Source: Antedon mediterranea
Taxonomy: Eukaryota; Animalia; Echinodermata
Direction of reading: 5' to 3'
Assembly: GCF_964355755.1 (NCBI RefSeq)
Contig: NC_092673.1
Location: 31,245,648 to 31,309,647, forward strand
Length of the DNA stretch: 64,000 bases
Position numbers and translations under genes: made by a program. The first letter of the stretch is position 1; every line of letters starts with the position of its first letter. Shown in pieces: positions 27,051 through 41,180 of the stretch. The notes under the pieces were generated by a model, which saw nothing but the letters and a program-made list of their open reading frames with translations, had not been told where the DNA came from and searched no databases.

Positions 27051-29269
27051 TATAGACCGGGCGCTCGGAAGATTTATTCATGTGAAAAGATACAAAAGGT
27101 TTGATGATGTAGTTAGGTGCGTATTAGGGTGAGATGCAATATTCGACATTGCTGCCGGGTCACAGCCTGTACATGGGGCCTGTGGGGATCATAACATAGG
27201 GGGGGGGGGGTAAAAATGCATTTATTCATGTTAAGCGATACAAGGATAAACTTTTTTGGATATCATTCGCAGTGGGCTACTAATGATTACATCACCAATG
27301 ACAGCAACTTTATCCTGTACGGGGCGCCAAACAGCAACGCCCAAATGGGTTTATTCATGTGAAGCGATACAAGGTTGAATCTTTTTTTAATGGCAGCAGT
27401 ACATATTGGGGATGACAAAAACACCAATGACAGCAACTTTATCCTGTACATAAGCTCAGACAGCAGCCCTAAAGGTCCGCAGTTTCCCCCTATTCGGCTA
27501 TATACTCGGCGCGTATGTCGTCTTATGGCGTTCAGCTGAGTTAGAAATACGCGATACGGACTCGGACTGACAATAAATACACAGTAGAATGATAAAACAA
27601 TAAATAAAGAGAGCAGTTGTTTGCTGTACCAAATCATCAAACATCAAACTCTTAGGAACTCGCCCAAAATGGGTTTATCCATGAAGTATGAATCATTTAA
27701 AAAAAAAGTTGTTTTTTTTTAACTTTATCCGGTACACAGCAGCTCAAATGCCCGAGGCTCCATTCGTGATCAACAATGTCGATAATACAAACACATTCAC
27801 GATAACGAGTGACTTTTATTTAATTGAAATATATCTTTATTTTGGAATAATAAATAACACCAACAAAAACACTTAAAATAACCAACAGCAGATTTGTATT
27901 TTAGGGTAACATTTTGAACAATCAATTTTATTTCAAAATCATTATTTCGATCAAAATAATATAATTTAAGAATATTTTTCAGATAAACTAAATAATTACA
28001 CTCATAATGATCGACACCGGTACCTATTATTGTACATTATTATTATAACTCGATTTAAATATTGTTTTAATTACACACTAGACACTATTATAGTGATATG
28101 TCTATATGAAAAAAGGCAACGAAATCTAAATTTGCAAGTGACATTTTTTAACATAATATAACATAATTGTAAAGTAAATAATAGTTCGAATTCAACATAA
28201 TCACTTAGAGAATTGGTAAGGTATAGATTAGACTATCGATTGCACACTATTACTGTATTTTTAACTCAATTTAAATTTAAAAAAGTAACCGTTTTCATGT
28301 GAATTAGACTGATAAAAACCAACAAAAAACTTAATCTGCCAACATTTTAAACATCGTTACTTGTCCATAATGGATCGACTACTGTACCGATGGATTACTG
28401 CACATTGTTTTACTTTAACTGAACCAAAGTCAAACTTTTAATTGTTACTGTACTAACATTAGACAGTGATATCTGATAAAAGGCAACATTAATTAATATT
28501 AATAATACTGAACCAAATTAAATATCGTTACTTATCCACAATGGATCGACTACTGTATTGATTATTGCACATTATTTTACTAACTAACATAAGAAAGTTA
28601 TATCTGATAAAACGCAACAAACTGAATCGAATTAAATATCGTTACTTATCCATAATGGATCGACTACTGTATTGATTACTGCACATTATTTTACTATAAC
28701 TGCCCAAGTCAAATTTAAAATTGTTACTGTACTAACATTAGACAGTGATATCTGCAACATACTCAGGACCAAATTAAATATCGTTACTTATCCACAATGG
28801 ATCGACTACTGTATTGATTATTGCACATTATTTTTCTCTAACTGAACCCAGGTCGAATACACTGTAAAAGCACAATTGTGCAAAGACATCGAGGTTACTG
28901 GCTGTATGCATTAAATAACTGAATATTGTTTTACACATTATTTTACTATAACTGCCCAAGTCAAATTTAAAATTGTTACATTAATAACACTGGACCAAAT
29001 TAAATATCGTTACTTATCTCTAACTGAACCCAGGTCGAATATTTTACATGCAGTGTAACTACCGACACACTGTAAAAGCACAATTGAGCAAAGACATCGA
29101 GGTTACTGGCTGTATGCATTAAATAACTAAATATTGTACATTCCTCATATTCCATTACTAGCTGAACAGAATACACGATATAATAAAACCAATAGGGGCT
29201 ATTGGATTTCTTTTTACATGATTTGTGACAGCGTCATTTATAAATTTGATTATATCACACTGTAATGAT

Positions 29270-29877
29270 ATTGGATTTTACCGCAAAGGCAAGTCAATCC
29301 CATTTACATATTATTTAGTGAAGGACAAGAAACATGTTGCTGCATTAAAATCGCTTTGTGGTGACAGGGTGGACAAACCCGCAGTCACTGCCTATGTATG
29401 CAAGATATATGGGTTTAAAAGCATGAACAGTATTAATGAGGCCAGGTACCAATCGTTTCGCAAAATGACAACTGGAAAGAAGAAATTCAAGAAGATCAAC
29501 TGTTCGTCATTGCCACCATGTGAAATCACAATCACCCAGCATCTGTTGAGGGCAAATTATGTATCTATTATGTGGAGACACGCTCATACTCCTCAGCCAA
29601 CACAAAACCTACAGTGACCCATTAAACTATGGATGGGTTGATAATGGTGATGGAAGGTATGTACCTAAATGGTTTAATAAAAAATGCTCTACCAGATACG
29701 TTGACTAGTGATCCACACTCGGAACAAAGTGCTGAATCAAACACAGTTCTTGACGATACTGATGCAGGAATATTGGAACAAAGTGATGATGAAGAACTTG
29801 AAATAATAGATTTTGAAGCTGAAATCGATGATGACCAACCTTGGAGTGATGACAGTGAAAGTGACGATGACGAATAG
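29270..29877 (+). pseudogene. Academ transposase C-terminal fragment (disrupted)
   Basis: FYRKGK..YVCKIYG..SINEARYQSF..LPPC..QHLLRANYVSIMW..P.NYGW..YVPKWF then an acidic tail; in-frame stop at 29615 and a frameshift; N-terminus missing. Confidence 0.75.
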
Positions 29878-31986
29878 ATAAACTCAAAAGATTAAGCATT
29901 ACGGCTGATTTAATAGTTTTTAATCGTTTACATAAAACATTTGAGAGTTTTGAAGTAAATATTGTATAATATTATATCAAATGTAAATACTGAACTATTT
30001 GATCCACAGATAGTTGGCAAGAAGAATCCAGTATCATTACAGTGTGATATAATCAGATTTATAAATGACGCTGTCACAAATCATGTAAAAAGAAATCCAA
30101 TAGCCCCTATTGGTTTTATTATATCGTGTATTCTGTTTAGCTAGTAACAATGGAATATGATGAATGTACAATATTCAGTTATTTAATGCATACAGCCAGT
30201 AACCTCGATGTCTTTGCACAATTGTGCTTTTACAGTGTATTCGACCTGGGTTCAGTTAGAGAAAAATAATGTGCAATAATCAATACAGTAGTCGATCCAT
30301 TGTGGATAAGTAACGATATTTAATTTGGTCCAGTATTATTAATGTTGCCTTTTATCAGATATCACTGTATAATGTTAGTACAGTAACAATTTTAAATTTG
30401 AATTGGGCAGTTAAAGTAAAATAATGTACAATAATCAATACAGTAGTCGATCCATTGTGGATAAGTAACGATATTTAATTTGGTCCAGTATTATTAATGT
30501 TGCCTTTTATCAGCTATCACTGTATAATGTTAGTACAGTAACAATTTTAAATTTGAATTGGGCAGTTAAAGTAAAATAATGTGCAATAATCGATACAGTA
30601 GTCGATCCATTATGGATAAGTAACGATATTTAATTTGGTCCTGACTGAGTATGTTGCAATTTATCAGATATCACTGTATAATGTTAGTACAGTAACAATT
30701 TTAAATTTGAATTGGGCAGTTAAAGTAAAATAATGTACAATAATCAATACAGTAGTCGATCCATTGTGGATAAGTAACGATATTTAATTTGGTCCAGTAT
30801 TATTAATGTTGCCTTTTATCAGCTATCACTGTATAATGTTAGTACAGTAACAATTTTAAATTTGAATTGGGCAGTTAAAGTAAAATAATGTGCAATAATC
30901 GATACAGTAGTCGATCCATTATGGATAAGTAACGATATTTAATTTGGTCCTGACTGAGTATGTTGCATTTTATCAGATATCACTGTATAATGTTAGTACA
31001 GTAACAATTTTAAATTTGACTAGGGCAGTTATAGTAAAATAATGTGCAATAATCAATACAGTAGTCGATCCATTGTGGATAAGTAACGATATTTAATTTG
31101 GTTCAGTATTATTAATATTAATTAATGTTGCCTTTTATCAGATATCACTGTCTAATGTTAGTACAGTAACAATTACAAATTTGACTTTGTTTCAGTTAAA
31201 GTAAAACAATGAGCAGTAATCAATACAGTAGTCGATCCATTATGGACAAGTAACGATGTTTAAAATGTTGGCAGATTAAGTTATTTGTTGGTTTTTATCA
31301 GTCTAATTCACATGAAAACGGTTACTTTTTTAAAATTTAAATTGAGTTAAAAATACAGTAATAGTGTGCAATCGATAGTCTAATCTATACCTTACCAATT
31401 CTCTAAGTGATTATGTTGAATTCGAACTATTATTTACTTTACTATTATGTTATGTTATGTTAAAAAATGTTGCAAATTTAGATTTCGTTGCCTTTTTTCA
31501 TATAGACATATCACTAAGTGTCTAGTGTGTAATTAAAACAATATTTAAATCGAGTTATAATAATAATGTACAATAATCGGTACCGGTGTCGATCATTATG
31601 AGTGTAATTATTTAGTTTATCTGAAAAATATTCTTAAATTATATTATTTTGATCGAAATAATGATTTTGATATAATACTGATTGTTCAAAATGTTACCCT
31701 AAAATACAAATCTGCTGTTGGTTATTTTAAGTGTTTTTGTTGGTATTATTTATTATTCCAAAATAAAGATATACCCTGTAATTATTTCAATTATAAAATA
31801 AAAGTCACTCGTTATCGTGAATGTGTGGGCATTTGAGCTGCTGTGTACCGGATAAAGTGAAAAAAAAAACAACATTTTTTCAAAAATGATTACACACTTC
31901 ATGGATAAACCCATTTTGGGCGAGTTCCTAAGAGTTTGATGTTTGATGATTTGGCACAGGAAACAACTGCTCTCTTTATTTATTGT

Positions 31987-32469
31987 CATCATGAATGTGT
32001 CACAGAGGGTGCAGTACCAGGTAGGCTGCATAGCTTTTAAAGCCATGAACAATATTGCCCCTCGATACATCACCCAACGATTTTCCACTGTTCCGATACA
32101 CTCTATGAGGACTAGGGCTGCTTCCAGGGGAGACTTACTGGTACCCAAAGTTAAATTGGAATGTTTCCGGCGCTCTTTTATTTATTCTGCTTGTATTTTA
32201 TATAATGTATTACCTTCTGTTTTGAAAGAATGTACCAATATTAACTCGTTTAAATTTAATTTTAAAAAAACACATTTTATCGTAATTGTTTAATTGTATA
32301 TAATAGTTTTAAATTTAAATGTATATAGTAGATTCGTATTAGTTAAGTATAGTTTTATATATTTTGTCATTTTTAAGAGGGCCCCTGAATATCAGCTGGC
32401 CTGCGGGTTCAGCTGGAAGGGTTACCCTCTATAAATAAAGTTGAAATAAAAATAAAATAAATAAATAAA
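31987..32469 (+). mobile_element. 5'-truncated CR1/L2-type LINE inserted in the right TIR
   Basis: ORF2 C-terminus FKAMNNIAPRYI..HSMRTR..RRSFIYSACILYNVLP..SFK, 3' stem-loop agaggg..ccctct, (AAATA)n tail, flanking attgt duplication; absent from the left arm. Confidence 0.85.
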
Positions 32470-35400
32470 ATTGTTTTAGCATTCTACTGTGTATTTATTG
32501 TCAGTCCGAGTACGTATTTCTAACTCAGCTGAACGCTATTAGACGACATACGCGCCGAGTATATAGCCGAATAGGTGGAAACTGCGGACCTTTAGGGCTG
32601 CTGTCTGAGCTTATGTACAGGATAAAGTTGCTGTCATTGGTGTTTTTGTCATCCCCAATATATACTGCTGCCATTAAAAAAAGATTCAACCTTGTATCGT
32701 GCTGTTTGGCGCCCCGTACAGGATAAAGTTGCTGTCATTGGTGATGTAATCATTAGTAGCCCACTGCGAATGATATCCAAAAAAGTTTATCCTTGTATCG
32801 CTTCACATAAATAAATGCATTTTTACCCCCCTATGTTATGATCCCCACAGGCCCTATGTACAGGCTGTGACCCGGCAGCAATGTCGAATATTGTTTCTCG
32901 CCCTAATACGCACCTAACTACATCATCAAACCTTTTGTATCTTTTCACATGAATAAATCTTCCGGGCGCCCGGTCTTATAATAGCCGGTTAAGAAAAATG
33001 GGAACGTTCGTGTTGTGTGCGTTTAGAGATTTTACATTCACATCACCAATGTCCATCCAGAATTTTGAGAGGGGGAGAGGATGGTCGAAATGTAATAAGC
33101 GCTAAATTTAAAACAATCCGATCATTTTCATTGCCAGGTTCTCAATTTGGAGGTACTGTATATCCGCCTCATCATGCAGTTTTCTAAATATTAATCTATA
33201 TATGTTATCTTAGACAGATTTTAAGTTTTAACTTGGATTTACTTTCGAGATTAATTTGTACATTGACATTATTAAAAGTGAGTGATACGCCTGAATTTTC
33301 GCAATTATCATAATTATACAGATTCCGTAAATTGAAAAAAAAATGTAGCGTTATTTGCTTTTCTTTTTCATGATTAGGCCTACGTCTCCGTTTCGATCAC
33401 CCTCTACTTAATAACATGTCTCGATAACTTAAAAACTCTTATTACACGATAAAAAAGATTATAATAGGCCTACTTATACATTTCGAACTATCTCAAGTCT
33501 TCTGGCTGCTCATATAATTGCTTTATTACGAAGAAAATTATATTACATTAATTTGTGACGAAATGTGTTTTCACCAACCATAAATGTACATAACTCGATC
33601 GCCGCTAATTGGTAGACTACGCATACTGTATATATACACTATTTTTGGTACTTGTAATGAGCCGTTGGGGCGTGTGTGAAGACAGTGAAACTTTTATTGG
33701 CGCGCTTTTCCAAAATAGACACTCAGCTACTATAGGCGGGCCTATTTTCACCTCTTACCGTGCCTATATACACCCTCTCTAAAATATCACTAAAAACATT
33801 TATATGCTCATATCCAAGAATAACAATAACATTATTTTAAATATCATTTTTATTAAAAAGCAGAATGTAGGCCTATGTAAGGGGAAAAAATACCGGGCGT
33901 ATCCTTTAAATAGAAATACAGTATAACGTTTTCGTCTGATGAATATAAATAAAAAATACACAGCATCACAATACTGAAACTGTATTGAAAATATCAATAT
34001 CACATTGTTACGTGCACTGTGTTCAATGGGCTTAACTACAATAATATCTATCGATTAAAGTTTTGCCTTAGAAAAAACAGTTCGTAAAATACATTAAACT
34101 GAAACGACTACTCACTTTGTGGGTTTTTATTACTATAGGCCTTTTGTTGTAGATCTTTTATTTTTCTCCAACTCATGTTTTACTGACGGTTTATTTTCAA
34201 AATAAACCCAAACGGTTTTATTTTTACAAAACTCTTTTTTTTCAAATACTGTATTTAAAATTGAATTAAATATAGAAGAGCCTACAATCTTATTTTATAT
34301 GCATATAGGCCTATATGAAGAATGAAGTACATATATATTGAAGAATATAATACTGTGTATATTAAAAGGTTTATTATTCTAATAAATTATGTATTTATTC
34401 ATTATTCAAACTACACAGATGTCCCTCTCAGAGGGACTCTATGCAGGCATAGCATTGTCACTGACAACCGAAAATAATTAAATATTGGTTAACAAAACAA
34501 ACATTTCTTTAGTTACTTGATTAGAAATGTCACTAACTCGTTGAGAGCGAATATTCTGTAGCAATTAGTAAGATGCAAGATCATTTTCTTGTAGTCATCA
34601 ATATCATTGATTTTGTTGCTATATTTGTATTATAATGTATTCACTATTGATGGCTATTTGATACAGTGCCATTAAAGTATATGCTCTATTGTTCAGCATC
34701 ATAAACAATAAATTTGGTGAGTGGTATTGTAATACACAGACCATTATAGAAAGATATTGAACTGAGACATAATAGACGAGGTCTGTCTACATTTGCTTTT
34801 GAAAATGATGATAACAATTTTAAAAATCTTTGAAATGTTGGGCCAGGAACACTATTGGATAAAAGATAACAAAGTAATACAAAATACTTAGAAAGATTGT
34901 GGTGAAATACTATGGCCGGAATTCATGGTAAACAAATTCAGCATTTGAAGTTTGAAGTTACCAAGGAAGAAAATACAATAGGTATAACAGAGATGCTTCA
35001 GTGAAGAAGTTGGTGTTTTGAGAAAACAATGTTCAGATTCAAGGACAAAAACTGGAGAAAATTAACAGTTTCAGTAACCAACCAATCTTCTTATGCTGAA
35101 GACATTTGGTCTTTGGTAGAGGACCAGTTTGTAATCTTTTTGGATGGTTTCAATACAACCGGATATCAATACTACTTGTGATAGGCAGTATTGCAATGCT
35201 CAAAGAAGATGATGAAGATGAATAAAAAATAGGAGACGTTTTCTAAAGGAAATTTTCAAGATATACACATTGGTGGAAAAGATGTGAAAGGACAAGGTAA
35301 GATTTCAATAACGTTTAATCCTTAAAAACGAGATAGAAACTTGTGAATGCATCCAAGAAAGTTTCACCATCAAGACTCAAATTTTGGTCATCTCTGTTTT

Positions 35401-35554
35401 GATTTGAACAATTATTAAAATGCAATACATTTGCAACAGTGAGAATGATAAAATATTCAAGAATGAGAAAGTTTCAATGAAGACTCAAATCTATTAAATA
35501 TATAAATTCTCAATTCGACCAGTTTACACAACTAAAAAAATGAAATGATTTGCG

Positions 35555-36710
35555 ACAGTGAGAATGAAAAAATTAGCAAGAACGAGAAAATGAGCAAGAG
35601 TGAGAAAATGAGCAAGATCGAAAAAATTGAGCAAGAGTGAGAAAATGAGCAAGAACGAAAAATTGAGCAAGAGTGAGAAAATGAGCAAGAACGAGAAATG
35701 AGCACGAGCGAGAAAATGAGCACGAGCGAGAAAATGAGCACGAGCGAGAAAATGAGCACGAGCGAGAAAATGTGCTAGAGCGAGAAAATGAGCAAGAGCG
35801 AGAAAATGAGCAAGAACGAAAAAATGAGCAAGAGCGAGAAAATGAGCAAGAACGAAAAAAATGAGCAAGAGTGAGAAAATGAGCAAGAACGAACAAATGA
35901 GCATGAGTGAGAAAATGAGCAAGAACGAAAAAAATGAGCAAGGGCGAGAAAATGAGCAAGAGCGAGTTAATGAGCACGAGCGAGAAAATGAGAAAGAGCG
36001 AGAAAATGAGAAAGAGTGAGAAAATGAGAAAGAGTGAGAAAATGATCAAGAGCGAAAAAAATGAGCACGAGCGAGAAAATGGGCAAGAGTGAGAAAATAA
36101 GCACGAGCGAGAAAATGAGCACGAGCGAGAAAATGAGCAAGAGTGAGAAAATGAGCAAGAGTGAGAAAATGAGCAAGAACGAAAAAATGAGCAAGAATGA
36201 GAAAATGAGCAAGAACGAAAAAAATGAGCAAGAGTGAGAAAATGAGCAAGAACGAAAAATGAGCACGAGTGAGAAAATGAGCAAGAACGAAAAAAATGAG
36301 CAAGGGCGAGAAAATGAGCAAGAGCGAGTTAATGAGCACGAGCGAGAAAATGAGCACGAGCGGGAAAATGAGAAAGAGTGAGAAAATGAGAAAGAGTGAG
36401 AAAATGATCAAGAGCGAAAAAAATGAGCAAGAGTGAGAAAATAAGCACGAGCGAGAAAATGAGCACGAGCGAGAAAATGAGCACGAGCGAGAAAATGAGC
36501 AAGAGTGAGAAAATGAGCACGAGCGAGAAAATGAGCACGAGTGAGAAAATGAGCAAGAGCGAGAAAATGAGCAAGAGTGAGAAAATGAGCAAGAGCGAGA
36601 AAATGAGCAAGAGTGAGAAAATGAGCAAGAGTGAGAAAATGAGTGAGAGTGAGAAAAAGAGTAAGAAAATAAGTAAGAGTGAGAAAATGAGCAAGAGTGA
36701 GAAAATGAGC
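35555..36710. repeat. 18-bp minisatellite (gagaaaatgagcaagagt)n
   Basis: Tandem array; accounts for the repetitive ORFs on both strands. Confidence 0.97.
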
Positions 36711-38428
36711 AATTATTGCCAAACTTGGAGTAAAGTGTTTGCTAGTGTGGACAAGACTTAAAGTAAAATAATAAATTTAACTACATTGAACACAAATATT
36801 TTTATTTAGAAACTACTGAAAATTAAATTCAAGTTAAAAGAAATCATTGTTTTAAAGCTCAGGTACAGGCATAAATTTTAAATATAATATTTGGTTAAAT
36901 GTACATAAATCAAATATTTGTAACAGAAATCGAGACGAAAAAACATGAATTTCCCTTAATATGGTCAAATACAAAATTTTGCAAAATTCTTCCATAAAAA
37001 CCAGGAAGACTTTTTTTCAGTAGTTAGGTAGTTAACCTAATGTAATAACATGTCTGGTGACTCCCTAGATGGTGAAAAAAGATGGTGGATATACGGTGGA
37101 TAATTTTTGCTATAGCATGAAAAAAAAAATCTGAAGTTGAATAAAAATATCAGAAATGTAATATTCAAGTTATATTACCTATATTTAGTCATCTGATAAC
37201 ATTTTTTACCACACCGTTTATTTTTCATAGCTTTTTAAAATTCCCCTCTATTTACAAAGTTTGTGTACAAAAGAATAGAGATTTTACTGTGTAATTTGAA
37301 CTATCCCCCCACTGATAAGAAAGTGCTTATTTTCAAAAAGCCTGTGTAACACAAATTAAATCCCAAAAATTATGAAACATAGGGGATACTATAGATCGAT
37401 AATTATTGGAATGTATGATCAATAGAAATTTTTTGCCCGCACCTGGCCTTTAAGTCTTTAATAAACTCCAATTTTGGCAATAAAAGTTTCCAAGGTTTGC
37501 TACTTTTATTTAATATAATGCTTAAACATAGATAATGGATTGTTAAATTGAAAATAGGGTAAAATCAGATAGTTGAATGGGTAGTGAGTTGCAGGTAACA
37601 CCCTTAAATGTATCCTGTAACCACCACTGCATGCAACATACAAGTTATACAGCTCTTTTATACTTAAAACAGACTTGTGGATGTAGTTGCAGTTGACCTG
37701 AAGAGAGTCACATTTACTTTCACCCATGTTTGTTTAGGCCATTAATTCTCCCCTATCAAACATCTTGCTAATATTTTACTGACTAAATATCTCATCACAC
37801 TACCCTTTGTCACCAATCCTAAGCTTCTGTAGCTAAAAAATCCATTCTAAGACACAGATAGTAAACCATACCTCTGTTAGAAGTACTATTATATTTATGT
37901 CAACTTCATCACTGCTTACTTGATGCAATAAAGGAAATAAATAAATAAAGTAACTAATTTACAACTACTCAATTTAGCCAGTAAAAATAAAAGTATTCCT
38001 CCCTGAACTGCTCATACATAAAGCCTGTAATAATAAAAATTAATAGAATATGTCACAGACTCACTCGTATAGGCCGGAATGATAATAACAAAACACATTG
38101 TTGTTTGTCGTCAATGTTTTTATTCTCGTCTATTACAGAGGGCTCCCTACAGTGTGACTAATTTATGAAGCTGGCGGCCTGGAACAATCGCCTTTTTTAT
38201 ACCACGAACTATAAAAAGGACAATATCCTACACTTAAGATCTTGGTTGATTAGTCTTAATATCAAAATAACTTTATGATCAATTTATTAGAAAATCTATA
38301 ACATAATTTCTTGTTTATATGAATAAAACAATGCTTTATTGAACCTTCCAATATGTACGGTTCATATTTCATCGCTACCGACGTTTGGTCGAAGCGACGT
38401 TAACGAAATTTATAATATCAACAAAAAA

Positions 38429-41180
38429 ATGCCGCCGTAAGTATTAATCATTAATTTGTACAATATTTTTAGTAAAAAGTAGTTAAGGATATTAAGAAAT
38501 GTGTTTGTAATTGTTTTCAATAGGTTACACGTCTGATTGGCCTATTAAAACATTATTTGGAGTGGACACACCCATGGTTGGGCTAGGCCATATAGGATGC
38601 ATATCTTCCACAGTAAATACTGCTATATAGAACCCAACAGATTATAGGGCTATTTTCCTGTTGCGCAATTCTCCACACTGTACTGACCTACCCCAACTTG
38701 AACACAAATCAAGTGATGTTTGCAAGGATCAAAACATTCTATTATCAGCCAGAATAAAGGAAAAATAAAATGTACTTAAGAGCATACTAAGCATATGCAA
38801 AAGTTTTTTACCATGTATTTGTTATTTTGTGTTTCAGAGTAAAAACACCCGAGCAACTTACAACAGCAGTTCAGGCTACTCCTGGTAAGTTTTCAGATTG
38901 TGATACTTGTAATTACTAAATAAAAACTACAATTACAGCTGTAATGCAACACACAACATATAAATCTAAGTTCCTGGCTGCATTATTTTTCCCAAAGTTA
39001 GGCAGAAAATATAAGGGTGCTACATTTTCATTACTTGCATGACATGTCACTATTTCAAAAAGCTCCCTAAAAGTCCAAGAAGTAGGACTGGGCTTTGGAT
39101 GTGACATGTCCATGGTTCGTTGGCCTTGAATGCCGATATTTTTTTTGGTGTGCAAGAGACTATTGAGAGGGTTAGGTATATCACTGATATAATCTCTGGC
39201 ATGACATTTGGAAATGGACTTGACTAAAGTTTTGTGTTCAAATTTAGCCTCAACTAGGGTGTGGGATTATATTCAAGCATGGGATTATACTTGAAAATAT
39301 TAAATGTTAAATTTTTTTTTTTCATTCCAGATGGTGGTTGTATCAAAGTAGTGAAAGGGAATACAGCAATGTTTATATATTTGTATAAGGAGGACAGAAA
39401 GATGACGTTGCAATATCTAAAAGAGGAACATCTCATTCAGGTTTGAAGATTTTGGATAGTTTTCTATAGTGTGAATTATGTTTCTTAACTAGTTTTAGGG
39501 TGGAGGTTGCTGCTGGAGGTTTTGGTTACAATCACATGAAGTGATCAGTAATGCTAACTATGCTTAGATCAACCAAGAGAGCTTAATGAACTAGTTGTTA
39601 CAGCCTACACAACAACATCGTCACATTCCTCAATATTTACCTGCAACAATTCAACCAACAATCAAAATATGAAGCCAAGGCATTTTTCTTCAGTCCATGT
39701 TACCTACAATTGTGAAAATCGTTAAATGTTATTATTTTGTTTATCTAGATGATGGAAGAAAACGACCGTATACTAGATGAATTGTTGAATGTGGTGAATT
39801 TGACAGACATTATTGGGCAACGGAAGATTCTGTTTTTGATTCCTAGATTGAATGGTGAGTAAAAAACTACTACATGATTTAAACATTAAGTCATTATCAT
39901 GAATCACTTCAATTTCATAATAATTTGTAAAGTTGGACTTAAGTTGACTTGGAACTAAAAGCAATTCAACTGTATTGACATAACCTGTTCCCAGCAACAG
40001 ACCTCAACTCAAACTAAGCTCAATATAATATGCAACAACAAAATTCAACACTTTGTAACCCCATTGCGTAATGTAGTATGGGTAATCAGTTTGATGTTGT
40101 CATAATTGCTCTGCATGCTCCTGTCAACTAAAATTCAAGTCATGTGCACAACCACAACTACTTACAATCATTTCCATATCCACATAAGCAATGATTCTTT
40201 CAGCTGTTTGCAGTTGCTCGAATGTTGCTATGGCGCAACTAGTTCCTTTCAGTTAAGTCAAGTAGCTTTCAGTTCCAGGTCGACAAGCCAATCTTTATGT
40301 TCAGATTGTTCACATAAATATTGGATAATCTCTTGAATTGGCAAAGAATGATTCATCAAACAAACAATCAACAAACAAGTTTATTACATTCTTCCAGTAC
40401 CTTCAATTATTCCATTGCATACATTGATGGTAACACTCTGTCCTATTGTTCACTACTTGCTCCACATCATATCAATGGCAGTCACACCTAAAAGAAAGCA
40501 TGTGATAAAAGATCAAACACTTTTCTATTTTTAATTCAGCAATGCTGCTACATATGTACCAAAGTTAATTGATATTTTCTGTTGTATGCTGAATTAAATA
40601 TAGAATATTAAACACTGGGCAAATTAAGAACTATCAGTATCTAACTACCAAATTTAAAGTTAATCTGTATCTAGGATGTAAATAGAAAATGGCTACACAC
40701 ATAAACCCCTGTGTGATCTTAAAATTGTCCTAGGTTGAGTTGCAAGAGGTATGGTAATTTAAGTTTATAAATGTAGTGCATACAGTTTCATTACATTTTA
40801 AATGTACATTGACTAACCTAAGCAATGATACACACACCAGAGTAAAAACATTCCCATTTTGATACACCATGTGTGTGAATTTATACAAATGCAGCCTACT
40901 GTATGTGGTGATGATCATTTTGACCATAATTTTCAAATGTGCAGTAGATTAAACCCTTCCTATGACCATTGTGGACAATTTGATATCTTGTGTGTATATG
41001 TAGACGCATGCAAAAGAAAAAATTGTATACCAACAAATGTACAAACACTCTCTCTATATAGATATAAATCACTGAAACATTTATTCCTCTTTAGGTGCTG
41101 ACTTTCGCAATGTTCATTTCGAAGTCTTGGCAGCAGCATCCATCATGAATATAATTTTCAATCTGTTGGATCCAAATTAA
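38429..41180 (+). CDS. Uncharacterised small protein with one divergent ubiquitin-like module (gene A; terminal exon uncertain)
   Basis: Exons 38429-38436, 38838-38884, 39331-39440, 39749-39854 join in frame: MPPVKTPEQLTTAVQATPDGGCIKVVKGNTAMFIYLYKEDRKMTLQYLKEEHLIQMMEENDRILDELLNVVNLTDIIGQRKILFLIPRLN. Candidate last exon 41095-41180. Exon sizes, phases and the VQATP and RILDE motifs are shared with gene B. Confidence 0.6.

Larger units (their letters stand above)
27053..32977. mobile_element. Non-autonomous Academ-type DNA transposon with ~2.2-kb terminal inverted repeats
   Basis: Left end (T)AGACCGGGCGCTCGGAAGA matches the reverse complement of the right end TCTTCCGGGCGCCCGGTCT(T); 3-bp TSD (ATA or TAT). 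Arms about 27053-29279 and 30022-32977 contain ~150-bp internal repeats; the spacer carries a transposase fragment. Confidence 0.85.

Noticed and set aside
35524-36761. Long repetitive ORFs (LLIFS, AHFL and EKMSKS repeats)
   Set aside because: Open in several frames on both strands because the 18-bp satellite lacks stops; no splice or domain support.
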